From positions 7,865 to 71,864 of the forward strand of contig JBFLWU010000008.1 in assembly GCA_040757625.1 (NCBI GenBank): DNA of 64,000 bases, given 5' to 3'. Positions within the stretch are counted from its first letter, which is position 1. Each line of letters begins with the position of its first letter. The notes under the pieces are model-generated. The model did not search any database and was not told the origin of the DNA. It saw only the letters and a program-made list of their open reading frames with translations. Source of the DNA: Thermodesulfobacteriota bacterium. Its GTDB lineage: Bacteria > Desulfobacterota > Desulfobacteria > Desulfobacterales > JARGFK01. Below are positions 1 through 8,694 of this stretch, one piece after another. The translations under genes and the position numbers were made by a program.

Positions 1-1
1 C

Positions 2-208
2 AAGCATTACTTCCGGGCCGCGGTCAGCTTCCAGTTCCCCCCGGGAAAAGTGGACCCGGCTCAAGAAGAAAGCCGGGCCAAGCTGGCGGAAGAAGCCCAA
101 AAGCTGAATGAGAAAATCAGCCCCTGGACCTTTGTCATCTCCAAGTGGGTCTACGAGAGCTTCATCACCGATCCCAAAACTTTCATTGAGAAAGCTGAAA
201 AAAAATAA
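2..208 (+). CDS. 3' end of an unidentified protein (last 68 aa; gene starts upstream of the window)
   Basis: Frame 2 is open from the window edge to TAA at 206-208 (...KISPWTFVISKWVYESFITDPKTFIEKAEKK*). It is absent from the ORF track because it has no start. No family recognised. Confidence 0.4.
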   Translation, partial: KHYFRAAVSFQFPPGKVDPAQEESRAKLAEEAQKLNEKISPWTFVISKWVYESFITDPKTFIEKAEKK

Positions 209-274
209 ATTCTGATCGGGGATTTATTTCCAAAATCGCTTAAAATTAAACGGGGCGTCGAAGCTACTGCGATT

Positions 275-1090
275 TTATACCGCCAGCGGTCCGTAATGCC
301 CCGGCTGCCGGTCCTTGATGAGATCATTGAGGGGGTTGATGGCCTTGTCCCTAGTCTTTGCCGGGATGACGGCGGCCTCCAGAATTTCGTCGCCTTCGGC
401 AGCGGCGGTTTTTAGCTCCCGGCCGTTGAATCCGAAGATTGCCGATCGTCCCGTAAACGCCAGTTCTTCGCCGCTTCTGTTTTCCCGTCCGGCCCGGTTG
501 GCCACGGCGATATATACCTTGTTTTCAACGGCCCGGGCCACCATCACCGGATGCCAGAGATCCGTCACCAGGTTCGACGGGCACACGATCACATCGGCGC
601 CCTGCAGGGCCAGGATGCGGGCGGCTTCCGGAAAGCGAAAGTCATAACAGATCATCGGCCCCAACCGCAGGTCCCGGGTTGTATCCTCAATTACAAAGAA
701 CCCCCGGTCCCCCGGGTCAAAGCAGAATTTTTCCTTATAAAACAGGTGTGTTTTCCGGTAAATCCGGGCAGGCGCCTGCGGCCGGGCTATCAGGCAGGCG
801 TTAAACAGCCTGTCGCCGTCGCGTTCGGCAAACCCGGCCGCCACAACGGCGTTGCGGCTTTCGGCCATATCCTGGAAGAACCGGGCGGTCGGGCCGTCCG
901 CCGGTTCGGCCGCCCGGGCCGCTTCCTCCCTGGAAAGAAAGAAATAGCCGGTGGTGCAAAGCTCCGGCAAGACAATGATGTCCGCCGCCAGCCCCTCGGT
1001 CAGACGCGCGATGCGGTCGAGGTTTTTTTGCTTCTGGTCGAATTCAGGACTGAACTGAACGACCGCCAGTTTAAGTTGTTTCTTTTCCAC
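275..1090 (-). CDS. carbon-nitrogen hydrolase (nitrilase/amidohydrolase superfamily)
   Basis: 271-aa ORF with Glu-Lys-Cys triad contexts: IVLPELCTTGY, YRKTHLF, GPMICYDFRFPE. Confidence 0.85.
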   Translation of the reverse strand: MEKKQLKLAVVQFSPEFDQKQKNLDRIARLTEGLAADIIVLPELCTTGYFFLSREEAARAAEPADGPTARFFQDMAESRNAVVAAGFAERDGDRLFNACLIARPQAPARIYRKTHLFYKEKFCFDPGDRGFFVIEDTTRDLRLGPMICYDFRFPEAARILALQGADVIVCPSNLVTDLWHPVMVARAVENKVYIAVANRAGRENRSGEELAFTGRSAIFGFNGRELKTAAAEGDEILEAAVIPAKTRDKAINPLNDLIKDRQPGHYGPLAV

Positions 1091-1189
1091 TTGGCGATAT
1101 CCAACGGTGCTTTAATAGGGCATCATTATATTTTTTACCGCCCATTCGCTTTGCTCATTCCAGACCCAGCGTTTGCAGAGAAGTATTTC

Positions 1190-1221
1190 TTTTGCCCATC
1201 GGGAGACGTCGATGGGCAAAA
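1190..1221. repeat. perfect hairpin palindrome (12-bp stem, 8-nt loop)
   Basis: ttttgcccatcg-ggagacgt-cgatgggcaaaa in the spacer between acnA and the CN-hydrolase gene. The A/T runs are part of the stem, so it is not a classical terminator on either strand. Confidence 0.6.
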
Positions 1222-1300
1222 AAGTTTCTCGTTTTGGAGCCCTCTTTTTTGTCACAGGCATTGACACTGCGTAAATTGATACTGCCTACAGGGCGAAAGT

Positions 1301-1334
1301 TTTATCAGAACCGGTATCTCCCGGTTCTGATAAA
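1301..1334. repeat. perfect hairpin palindrome (14-bp stem, 6-nt loop), possible acnA 3' stem-loop
   Basis: tttatcagaaccgg-tatctc-ccggttctgataaa, about 60 nt downstream of the acnA stop on the minus strand. No clean U-tract follows. Confidence 0.5.
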
Positions 1335-1393
1335 TCATTTTCCTCTCTGCGTTCTCCGCGTCCCTGCGGTGAATCTTTGAAATCCCGAACGAA

Positions 1394-4153
1394 TCAGGAA
1401 CGTCTCTTATTATTACTCATCAGCTTTCTCAACACATACGGCAGAATCCCGCCGTTCAAAAAATATTCGATGTCCACTTCGGTATCCAGCCTGGCAATCA
1501 CGTCGAATTTGGTTTCACTGCCGTCAGGTTTGACCGCCTTTACCTGCAGCACCTTGCGGGGGGTCATGTTGTTGACCCCGCTGATGGAATACGTTTCTGA
1601 CCCCTGCAGCCCCAGCTTTTCCCAGCTTTGGCCCGGTTTGAACTGCAGCGGCAGGAGACCCATGCCCAAGAGGTTGCTGCGGTGAATCCGCTCGAAAGAT
1701 TCGGCGATGATCGCCTTTACGCCCAGCAGGTTGGGGCCTTTGGCGGCCCAGTCCCTGGAAGATCCGCCGCCATATTCCCGGCCGCCCAGGACCACCAGCG
1801 GAATCCCCTCCTTCGCGTACTTCACGGCGGCATCGTAAACGAACATCTCTTCTTTTTCGGGAAACTTGAGGGTGTAGCCGCCTTCCGTGGGATGCACCAG
1901 TTTGTTTTTAATCCGGATATTGGCAAAGGCTCCCCGCATCATGACCTCGTGATTGCCCCGCCGGGAGCCGTAGGAATTGAAATCGGCCGGCGCCACCTTC
2001 TTTCCTTTAAGATAACTGCCGGCCGGATACTTTTCGGAAAACGCCCCGGCTGGGGAGATATGGTCCGTGGTGATGGAATCACCCAGCAGCAGCAGCGCCC
2101 GGGCCTTGCCGATATCGGCGGCCGCTGCGGGGTCCAGGCCGACGCCGTCAAAAAACGGAGGCCTTTTGATATAGGTTGATGCCGGGTCCCAGCTGTAAGT
2201 CGTGCTCTCCCTGACCGACAGCTTGTGCCAGAGATCGTCCCCGTCAAATATGCGGCCGTATTCGAGTTTAAAAAATTTCCGGCGGACATGCTGCCGGATC
2301 AGCTTTCTGATCTCTTCGGACTTGGGCCAGAGCTCCGCCAGATACACCGGGGTGCCGTTGGGGTCCAGGGCCACCGGCTCAACGGTCATATCCACATCGA
2401 TTCTGCCGGCCAACGCAAAGGCCACCACCAGCATCGGCGATGCCAGGAAATTGGCCTTGACGCTCTGGTGAATCCGGGCCTCAAAATTGCGGTTTCCCGA
2501 AAGAATCGCCGCCACGGTCAGATCGTTCTCCTTGACCACCCGTTCAATTTCCTGATGCAGGGGGCCGCTGTTGCCGATACAGGTGGTGCAGCCGAACCCG
2601 GCCGCATGAAATCCCAGCGCTTCCAGATACGGCATCAGCCCGGCGTCGGTCAGATACTGGATCACAACCTTTGAGCCGGGGGCCAGAGACGTTTTGACGC
2701 ACGGCGGCACCCGCAGGCCTCTTTCAACGGCATTTTTAGCGATCAGTCCGGCCCCGATCATGACATGGGGGTTTGATGTATTGGTGCAGGAGGTAATGGC
2801 GGCGATGACGATGCTGCCGTCCCCGATCTTTTCTTCGTTGCCGCTGATAGTGACTTCATAGAGCCGCGGATTGATGGGTTTGCAGGTGTCGGCCCGAACG
2901 GTCCGGCTGCCGGACTCGTGAATGAAAGTGGAAAGCTGCCCCACGCTGGTGTCGCGTTCATATTCGCATCCCAAAATATGGGCAAAGGTTCCCTTCAGAT
3001 CCTTCAGGGCGATCCGGTCCTGGGGCCGGGAGGGACCGGCCACGCAGGGCTCAACCGAGCCCAGATCGAGTTCCAGTACCTGGGTGTATTCCGGTTCGAC
3101 CGCATCGCTGTAGAAAAGCCCCTGGGCTTTTAAGTACCTTGCCGCAAGGGCCGCTCGATTTTCACGGTTGGTGAGTTTCAGGTAGTCGATGGTCTGTTCG
3201 TCCACCGGAAAAAATCCGAGCGTGGCGCCGTATTCCGGCGTCATGTTGGCCACCGTGGCCCGGTCCGGAACAGTCAGGTTTTTGATGCCCGGACCGAAAT
3301 ACTCCACATATTTTTCAACCACCTTGTGCTTTCGCAGCATCTGGGTAACCGTCAGGACCAGATCGGTGGCGGTGACGCCTTCTTTCAGGCTGCCTGTCAG
3401 CCGGACCCCGATCACTTCGGGAATCGCCATGTAATAGGGTTGGCCCAGCATCACCGCTTCGGCCTCGATGCCGCCGACCCCCACCCCGATGACGCCGATC
3501 CCGTTTATCATGGGGGTGTGGGAATCGCTGCAGATCATCGTATCCGGGTAGAGAACCGACTTTCTTTTAACCGTCTCGCTGATGACCACCCTGCCCAGAT
3601 ATTCCAGATTGACCTGATGGCAGATGCCCGCTTTGGGGGGTACGACCTTGAAATTGTTAAAGCTCTTCTGGGCCCATTTCAGGAGGGCATAGCGTTCGCC
3701 GTTGCGTTGATATTCTTTTTCGACATTTTTATCCAGCGCATCGACGGTGCCGTAGTGATCGATCTGAATGGAGTGGTCCACGATGAATTCAACCGGTATC
3801 AGCGGATTGACGATTTTGGGATCGCCGCCCAGCTCCTTGACGGCATCCCGCATGGCCGCCAGGTCCACGATGGCCGGTCCGCCGGTATAATCGTGCATCA
3901 TCACCCGGGCTGGGTGAAACGGAATTTCCACCGGTTCGCTATATGTCTTTTGCCAGCGGGCGATGTTGACCAGATCCTCCTCCCGGACGATCCGGCCGTC
4001 CAGCTTTCGCAGCAGGTTCTCCACCAGGATTTTTATGGTAAACGGCAGCCGGCTGACATCGGCGATCCCTTTCTTGCGAAGCGCCTTGATATCGAAGAAC
4101 TGGTGTTTTCTGGATTTTACCGTAATCTCTTTCACAAAGTCCTGCGCTTTCAT
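1394..4153 (-). CDS. acnA: aconitate hydratase (AcnA-type, about 919 aa)
   Basis: Long ORF with an aconitase/IRP-type N-terminus (LPFTIKILVENLLR), Fe-S ligand regions (CSDSHT, ITSCTNTSNP, CTTCIGNSG) and a swivel domain. Start set at MKAQDF (4153), which has the RBS aggggagg. The 13 extra codons in the ORF track (to 4192) lie inside a repeat element. Confidence 0.9.
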   Translation of the reverse strand: MKAQDFVKEITVKSRKHQFFDIKALRKKGIADVSRLPFTIKILVENLLRKLDGRIVREEDLVNIARWQKTYSEPVEIPFHPARVMMHDYTGGPAIVDLAAMRDAVKELGGDPKIVNPLIPVEFIVDHSIQIDHYGTVDALDKNVEKEYQRNGERYALLKWAQKSFNNFKVVPPKAGICHQVNLEYLGRVVISETVKRKSVLYPDTMICSDSHTPMINGIGVIGVGVGGIEAEAVMLGQPYYMAIPEVIGVRLTGSLKEGVTATDLVLTVTQMLRKHKVVEKYVEYFGPGIKNLTVPDRATVANMTPEYGATLGFFPVDEQTIDYLKLTNRENRAALAARYLKAQGLFYSDAVEPEYTQVLELDLGSVEPCVAGPSRPQDRIALKDLKGTFAHILGCEYERDTSVGQLSTFIHESGSRTVRADTCKPINPRLYEVTISGNEEKIGDGSIVIAAITSCTNTSNPHVMIGAGLIAKNAVERGLRVPPCVKTSLAPGSKVVIQYLTDAGLMPYLEALGFHAAGFGCTTCIGNSGPLHQEIERVVKENDLTVAAILSGNRNFEARIHQSVKANFLASPMLVVAFALAGRIDVDMTVEPVALDPNGTPVYLAELWPKSEEIRKLIRQHVRRKFFKLEYGRIFDGDDLWHKLSVRESTTYSWDPASTYIKRPPFFDGVGLDPAAAADIGKARALLLLGDSITTDHISPAGAFSEKYPAGSYLKGKKVAPADFNSYGSRRGNHEVMMRGAFANIRIKNKLVHPTEGGYTLKFPEKEEMFVYDAAVKYAKEGIPLVVLGGREYGGGSSRDWAAKGPNLLGVKAIIAESFERIHRSNLLGMGLLPLQFKPGQSWEKLGLQGSETYSISGVNNMTPRKVLQVKAVKPDGSETKFDVIARLDTEVDIEYFLNGGILPYVLRKLMSNNKRRS

Positions 4154-4172
4154 CCTGTTCCTCCCCTTGTTT

Positions 4173-4272
4173 TCCGATTCGAATCCAGGCACCTTGGCAC
4201 CATCAGGTTCATGCCGGCCGGACCCAAAATATGCCCGTCTCTGTTAGAGATTATTTTCGGGACGCGTTATTG
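4173..4272. repeat. half copy of palindromic repeat family C
   Basis: ccgattcgaatccaggcaccttggcaccatcaggttcatgccggccggacccaaaatatgcccg...ttattttcgggacgcg aligns by eye with the right arm of the 12725-12986 element (ccgattcgaatccggacaccggggtaccatagggttcataccggccgtatccaaaatgtggccg...ttatttccgggacgca). Confidence 0.7.
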
Positions 4273-4302
4273 GAAGTTATCTCAAAAAAAATATAAGATG
4301 CT

Positions 4303-4322
4303 TCTCCCAAGTAGTTGGGAGA
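4303..4322 (-). terminator. candidate hemY terminator hairpin
   Basis: tctcccaa-gtag-ttgggaga is a perfect 8-bp stem about 35 nt after the hemY stop on the minus strand. A T-run on that strand (plus-strand A8 at 4284-4291) follows after an 11-nt gap, so the geometry is imperfect. Confidence 0.35.
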
Positions 4323-4356
4323 TGATTCAATTTTTTTGAGACGACTTCAATGGTGT

Positions 4357-5751
4357 TTATCGCAATTCCGTTTCGATAAAATCTTTTATTTTCAAATAAA
4401 CTGCTTCAGAATTTTTAATGCAGTCCCCCACCGAAATGCCGCCGCGGTAGTTCCCGCTTAAAAAAATCCCGGGATGGTCCCCTTCAAATGTTTCAAAATA
4501 GCGCTCATGCGCCACATAACCGATGGTATATTGGGGGATCGCCCGCGGCCACATTTTCTCCTGTGTAAAGACCGGCTTTTCATTTATTCCCATGATTTCC
4601 TGAAATTCAGCGCTGACGGCCTGGTTCAGCAGCAGCGGATCGCCCTCAAAGCGTTCGGGGGATCTGGCCCCGCCGACAAACAGGGTAAATGCCGCCATGT
4701 CGTCCCGGCTCCTTTCCGGGAATATGGTCGAACTCCAGATTGCGCCTAAAAAGGTTTTCTTCTCCTTTTCCGGAATCAGGAATCCAAATCCGTCCAGGGG
4801 CTGCCGGATCGCCGCCTTGCGGTAGCCCAGGTACAACATTTTGACGGGGGGATAATAGACCTCCTTTAAATGACCGGCCAGCTGCGGGTCCATTTCGGCA
4901 AAAACAGCCGCCGCGCCATAGGCCGGGATCGCCGCCAGGACGATATCGGCCTCTATCTCCTCTGTTTTTCCCTGTCTGCTGTACTGAACCGCGAACCGGT
5001 CCCGGCGCCGGATGACTTTTTCCGCCTTGCACTCATACTGAAAGCGGATACCGGGCCTGGCCGCGATCGCCCTGGGAAATGCCTGCATGCCGTTTCTGAA
5101 GGAAAACATCCGGGCGCTCTGCTTGGACGTTTCGGCCCGTTTATTTCGTTCTTTGGCGCCTTTGATAAATCCTTTAATCAATCCGCCGTACACTTCTTCC
5201 AGGCGGTACAGTTTCGGAAAGGCCGATTTTACGCTCAGGTCTTCCGGTCTTCCGGCAAAAACCCCGGCCACAAAAGGATTAATGGCGTAATCCAGAAATT
5301 CGCGCCCCAGCCGTCTTTCGACAAATTGAGCAACGCTCTGATAGTAACCGTCAGGCGACTTCCCGACAAAGGGTTCAAAGAGGAGCCGCAGTTTTGCCCG
5401 GAAAGAAAACAGGTCCGTCATGATAAATGCCAGCGGGTTTGTCGGCAGCGCATGGAGGCGCTGGTTTTTTAGAATGTAACGCTTATTGCCGATTGCGCTG
5501 GCATAAACAATCTCCCCGGTCAGGCCCAATTCCGCCGCCATTTGGGCGATCAGGGGGGTCGTGTCCAGCCCGCTGTTGGGGCCGTAATCGATCAGAAATC
5601 CTTCCTCGCGCCGGCTGATCATTGAGCCGCCCGGTTCGCGCTCGGCCTCTAAAAGGGTTATATCCCAGCCATCTTTTTGCAGCCAGTATGCCGCCGCCAG
5701 CCCGGATATGCCGGCCCCCAGAATCGCGATTTTGATTTTACTTTTATTCAT
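4357..5751 (-). CDS. hemY: protoporphyrinogen/coproporphyrinogen oxidase, FAD-dependent (HemY type)
   Basis: N-terminal FAD fold KIAILGAGISGLAAAYWL, about 464 aa, amine-oxidase-like length, sits in the hem cluster. Start chosen at MNKSK. The longer track ORF (to 5829) runs into repeat element A. Confidence 0.75.
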   Translation of the reverse strand: MNKSKIKIAILGAGISGLAAAYWLQKDGWDITLLEAEREPGGSMISRREEGFLIDYGPNSGLDTTPLIAQMAAELGLTGEIVYASAIGNKRYILKNQRLHALPTNPLAFIMTDLFSFRAKLRLLFEPFVGKSPDGYYQSVAQFVERRLGREFLDYAINPFVAGVFAGRPEDLSVKSAFPKLYRLEEVYGGLIKGFIKGAKERNKRAETSKQSARMFSFRNGMQAFPRAIAARPGIRFQYECKAEKVIRRRDRFAVQYSRQGKTEEIEADIVLAAIPAYGAAAVFAEMDPQLAGHLKEVYYPPVKMLYLGYRKAAIRQPLDGFGFLIPEKEKKTFLGAIWSSTIFPERSRDDMAAFTLFVGGARSPERFEGDPLLLNQAVSAEFQEIMGINEKPVFTQEKMWPRAIPQYTIGYVAHERYFETFEGDHPGIFLSGNYRGGISVGDCIKNSEAVYLKIKDFIETELR

Positions 5752-5795
5752 TTGCCATATTTTTATGCAACTGCAGGGAGTACCCTGTTGTTGCA

Positions 5796-5894
5796 AAAGC
5801 CGAGGATACCCCAGGTCCAAGGCGTCCAAGGGCGAAGCCGTAATATTTTACTGCGAGCCCTTGGCAACGCAGGAGATGGGGTGTCCTCGGCTTT
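5796..5894. repeat. palindromic intergenic repeat, family A (short copy)
   Basis: Outer arms aaagccgaggatacccc / ggggtgtcctcggcttt, inner stem ccaagggc / gcccttgg. Shares the flanking motifs aaggcg ... caacgcag with the 7008-7143 copy. Confidence 0.65.
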
Positions 5895-6022
5895 CCCCCA
5901 GGGTAAAAAAACATGGCAAATTTTTTCTTTGTTTCAAATATCATCCCAAAACCAATTCGAATAACAGTTCCAACCGTTTTCAAATCCCTTGCTATTATTA
6001 TTTCCAGGCTTTGCCATGTTTT

Positions 6023-6991
6023 TTATGCAGCTGCAGGGTAAAGGGCCTGTAACGTTATATCCTTCAACGCCGAAACAAACAGCCCCGAATCGTTTAATCC
6101 CTGCATGACCACGTAGTTTTCAATGCCGGCGTTTACGGCGGTTTCTCGATATTCAATCCCCAGTTCAAATAAGGTCTCGATATGATCGCTGACAAAACTG
6201 ATGGGGACCACCAGTATCTGCTTTATATTTTTATCCGCCAGGTCGGCAAGGGTTTCCCGGGTCGAAGGCTTGAGCCATTGAAGCGGACCGACTTTGCTTT
6301 GAAAACAGAGATGATGGGGATGGTCGAACTCCCGCTTTGCCATGACCCGTTCAACCGTTTTCCTGATCTGGCCGCTGTAGGGATCGCCCTGATTCACCAG
6401 CCGCTGGGGGGTGCCGTGAGCGCTGAAAACGATCTGAATATCATCCCTGACCGGTTCCGGAAAACGCAACACGGCTTCATCGATCCGCTGATTGACCGCT
6501 GCAATATACATTTCATTATCGCAATAATGATCAATCTGTGCCAGCCGATCGGGGGGGCCGGTGTAAGCCCGTTGCCATTCCTTGAAAGCGGAGCCTGTCG
6601 TTGTGATCGAATACTGCGGATAAAGGGGCAGCAATACGATTTTCGAGGCATCGGCTTCCGAAAGTCTTGCAGCCGCGTCTTTGATGGCGGGCCGCCAGTA
6701 GCGCATGCCGACATGGACGTCGATCTCCCGGCCTTCGGCTACAAATGCGCGTTCGAGCTTTTTTGCCTGGAGTTCCGTCCACGCATTGATCGGAGATCTG
6801 CCTCCGATTCGGGCATATCGTTCCCTGACCTTGGGGGTGCGCAATTTCGCAATCAGCGCCGCAAAAATCTTTTGACCGAAAGGGATCCTGAAAATATCAT
6901 GGTCGCCGAATAAGTTTCTTAAAAAAGGTTCGACCGCATCCGGCGAATCAGGCCCTCCGAGGTTCAGCAAGACGACAGCGTGTCGTGACAT
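6023..6991 (-). CDS. hemH: ferrochelatase
   Basis: 322 aa. N-terminus VVLLNLGGPDSPDAVEPFLRNLF, plus LPLYPQYS and VFSAHGTP, all typical of ferrochelatase. Confidence 0.9.
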   Translation of the reverse strand: MSRHAVVLLNLGGPDSPDAVEPFLRNLFGDHDIFRIPFGQKIFAALIAKLRTPKVRERYARIGGRSPINAWTELQAKKLERAFVAEGREIDVHVGMRYWRPAIKDAAARLSEADASKIVLLPLYPQYSITTTGSAFKEWQRAYTGPPDRLAQIDHYCDNEMYIAAVNQRIDEAVLRFPEPVRDDIQIVFSAHGTPQRLVNQGDPYSGQIRKTVERVMAKREFDHPHHLCFQSKVGPLQWLKPSTRETLADLADKNIKQILVVPISFVSDHIETLFELGIEYRETAVNAGIENYVVMQGLNDSGLFVSALKDITLQALYPAAA

Positions 6992-7007
6992 CAGATCCTT
7001 TCAAGAA

Positions 7008-7143
7008 GTCGTTTCAAAACCCCGGATCAGGTCTGAGAGCAAGGCGCAAGCCGATGAAAAAGCCAGCATACACGGCAGCATGTGAGCATTTTGAAGAGGC
7101 TTGCAACGCAGCTATCAGGCCTCAGATGGGGTTTTGAAATGAC
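7008..7143. repeat. palindromic intergenic repeat, family A
   Basis: Fills the whole hemH-hemN spacer. About 33-bp terminal inverted arms (gtcgtttcaaaaccccggatcaggtctgagagc / gctatcaggcctcagatggggttttgaaatgac) and the core gcaaggcgcaagcc...catgtgagcatttt...ggcttgcaacgcagc. Confidence 0.75.
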
Positions 7144-7145
7144 TT

Positions 7146-8552
7146 CTACACTGTTCTGGAATAACGCGCCTGATCCTCCTGGCGTTCCAGGTATCCGTCA
7201 AAATTCATCGCAATATTTCGGATCAGCAACCGGCCCATTTCGGTAACCCGGAGCTTTTTGTCTTTAATGATTATCAGCCGGTCGTCGCGCATTTGTCTTA
7301 AATTCCCTAGCCCCCACCTGAAGTAGGATTCAAAGTCGATGTTAAATTCGTCCTCGACGGCCCTGAAATCCAGTTCGAAATCGCACATGAGCCGGGTGAT
7401 CACCTTGCGCCGCAGGATATCATCGGCATTGAGGCGGCAGCCCTTTGCCGTCGGCAGGGTCCCCTTGTCCAGGGCGGCGAAGTATGCCTTTTCGCCTTTT
7501 TCATTCTGGGCGTAAATTTGCCCGAATTGACTGATACTGGTAATGCCCATGGCATAAAGATCGGCGCCTGCATGGGTGCTGTATCCCTGAAAATTTCGAT
7601 AAAGCCTTTTCTCATTTTGCGCCGCCGCCAGTTCGTCATCCGGTTTGGCAAAATGATCCATCCCGATAAATACATAGCCGGCGCCGGTCAGTTTCTCCAC
7701 CGACATTTTCAGGATACGTAATTTCTCTTCGGGTGACGGCAGATCTTCCTGGTGAATCCGCTTCTGGTGTTTTTTCATCCACGGGACGTAAGCAAAATTA
7801 AACAATGCAATTCGATCCGGATGAATATCGATAATCGTATCAACGGTCTTTTCAAAGTTATCCGCCGTCTGAAATGGAAGTCCGTATATCAAATCGACAT
7901 TCAGGCTTTCAAACCCCGATTCACGGACCCAGGCCGCCACCTGCCGGGTCAGCGCTTCCGGCTGGATCCGGTTTACCGCTTTCTGGACTTTCGCATTGAC
8001 ATCCTGAACCCCCATGCTGATCCGGTTGAATCCGCCGGATCTTAGCGCTGCCAGGTGGTCTCTGGTCAACTCCCGGGGGTCGATTTCGCAGCTGATTTCG
8101 GCGCCAGGCGCGATTTCAAAACGTTTCGTAATATAGGCAATCAAATCCGCAATCTCATCGGGGCTCAGATGGGTGGGGGTGCCGCCCCCCCAGTGCAGCT
8201 GAATGGCTTTTCGATCTTCCGCGATCAGGCCGCGGAGGTGATCGAGCTCCTTTTTCAAGTATTTCAGATAACGGCGAATCCTGTCCCGGTTATGGGTGAC
8301 AATCATATTGCAGCCGCAGAAAAAACACAGGGTGTCGCAAAACGGCAGGTGAAAATATAATGACAGCTCCGCACGGTTTTTACCCCGATTGGTCCGGATG
8401 ATTTCACTTTTAAAATCCTCATGGGTAAACGCAGGGCTGAATTGCGGCGCAGTAGGATAGCTGGTATACCGCGGCCCCGGCTTGTCATATTTCCTGATTA
8501 AATCAACATCGATGCTGAGCAATTTTTTTACCCTTGTTTTAATCGAAGTCAT
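7146..8552 (-). CDS. hemN: oxygen-independent coproporphyrinogen III oxidase (radical SAM)
   Basis: 468 aa. PRYTSYPTA N-terminal motif, radical-SAM CxxxCxxC (CDTLCFFCGC), GGGTPT. Confidence 0.9.
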   Translation of the reverse strand: MTSIKTRVKKLLSIDVDLIRKYDKPGPRYTSYPTAPQFSPAFTHEDFKSEIIRTNRGKNRAELSLYFHLPFCDTLCFFCGCNMIVTHNRDRIRRYLKYLKKELDHLRGLIAEDRKAIQLHWGGGTPTHLSPDEIADLIAYITKRFEIAPGAEISCEIDPRELTRDHLAALRSGGFNRISMGVQDVNAKVQKAVNRIQPEALTRQVAAWVRESGFESLNVDLIYGLPFQTADNFEKTVDTIIDIHPDRIALFNFAYVPWMKKHQKRIHQEDLPSPEEKLRILKMSVEKLTGAGYVFIGMDHFAKPDDELAAAQNEKRLYRNFQGYSTHAGADLYAMGITSISQFGQIYAQNEKGEKAYFAALDKGTLPTAKGCRLNADDILRRKVITRLMCDFELDFRAVEDEFNIDFESYFRWGLGNLRQMRDDRLIIIKDKKLRVTEMGRLLIRNIAMNFDGYLERQEDQARYSRTV

Positions 8553-8580
8553 CCCAAAAAAAATTATACTCTAGCAGGCT

Positions 8581-8643
8581 GCTAAATGATTGAGCCGCCG
8601 TTTCTTCACCGTTTGCCAGCGGTCCGACCCGGGTTCACGCGCC
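8581..8643. repeat. intergenic repeat, family B
   Basis: gctaaatgattgagccgccgtttcttcaccgtttgccagcggtccgacccggg matches 13011-13068 (gctaaatgcatgagctgtcgccacttaaccgtttgccggcggtccgtccgggg) at roughly 80% by eye. Confidence 0.6.
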
Positions 8644-8694
8644 TTCAGGTGCCGCCTATCGGAATGGCGGCGGGCATGCGCCTGCCCGGCAGCC

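Noticed and set aside
4154-4192. N-terminal extension of aconitase (MPGFESENKGRNR) from the longest ORF.
   Set aside because: These codons are part of repeat family C (ccgattcgaatcc...). The internal Met at 4153 has a good RBS.
3326-4339. Long antisense ORFs opposite recognised genes. Examples: 3326-4339(+), 17216-17995(-), 21924-23135(+), 37015-37821(-), 38983-39810(-), 40988-42058(-), 42094-43260(-), 54176-55087(-), 56734-57555(-), 62078-62845(-).
   Set aside because: Each lies fully inside or opposite a CDS with clear family motifs. Their translations are low-complexity (Arg/Gly/Pro/Ala-rich) with no recognisable domains. They are typical shadow ORFs of moderately GC-rich coding DNA.
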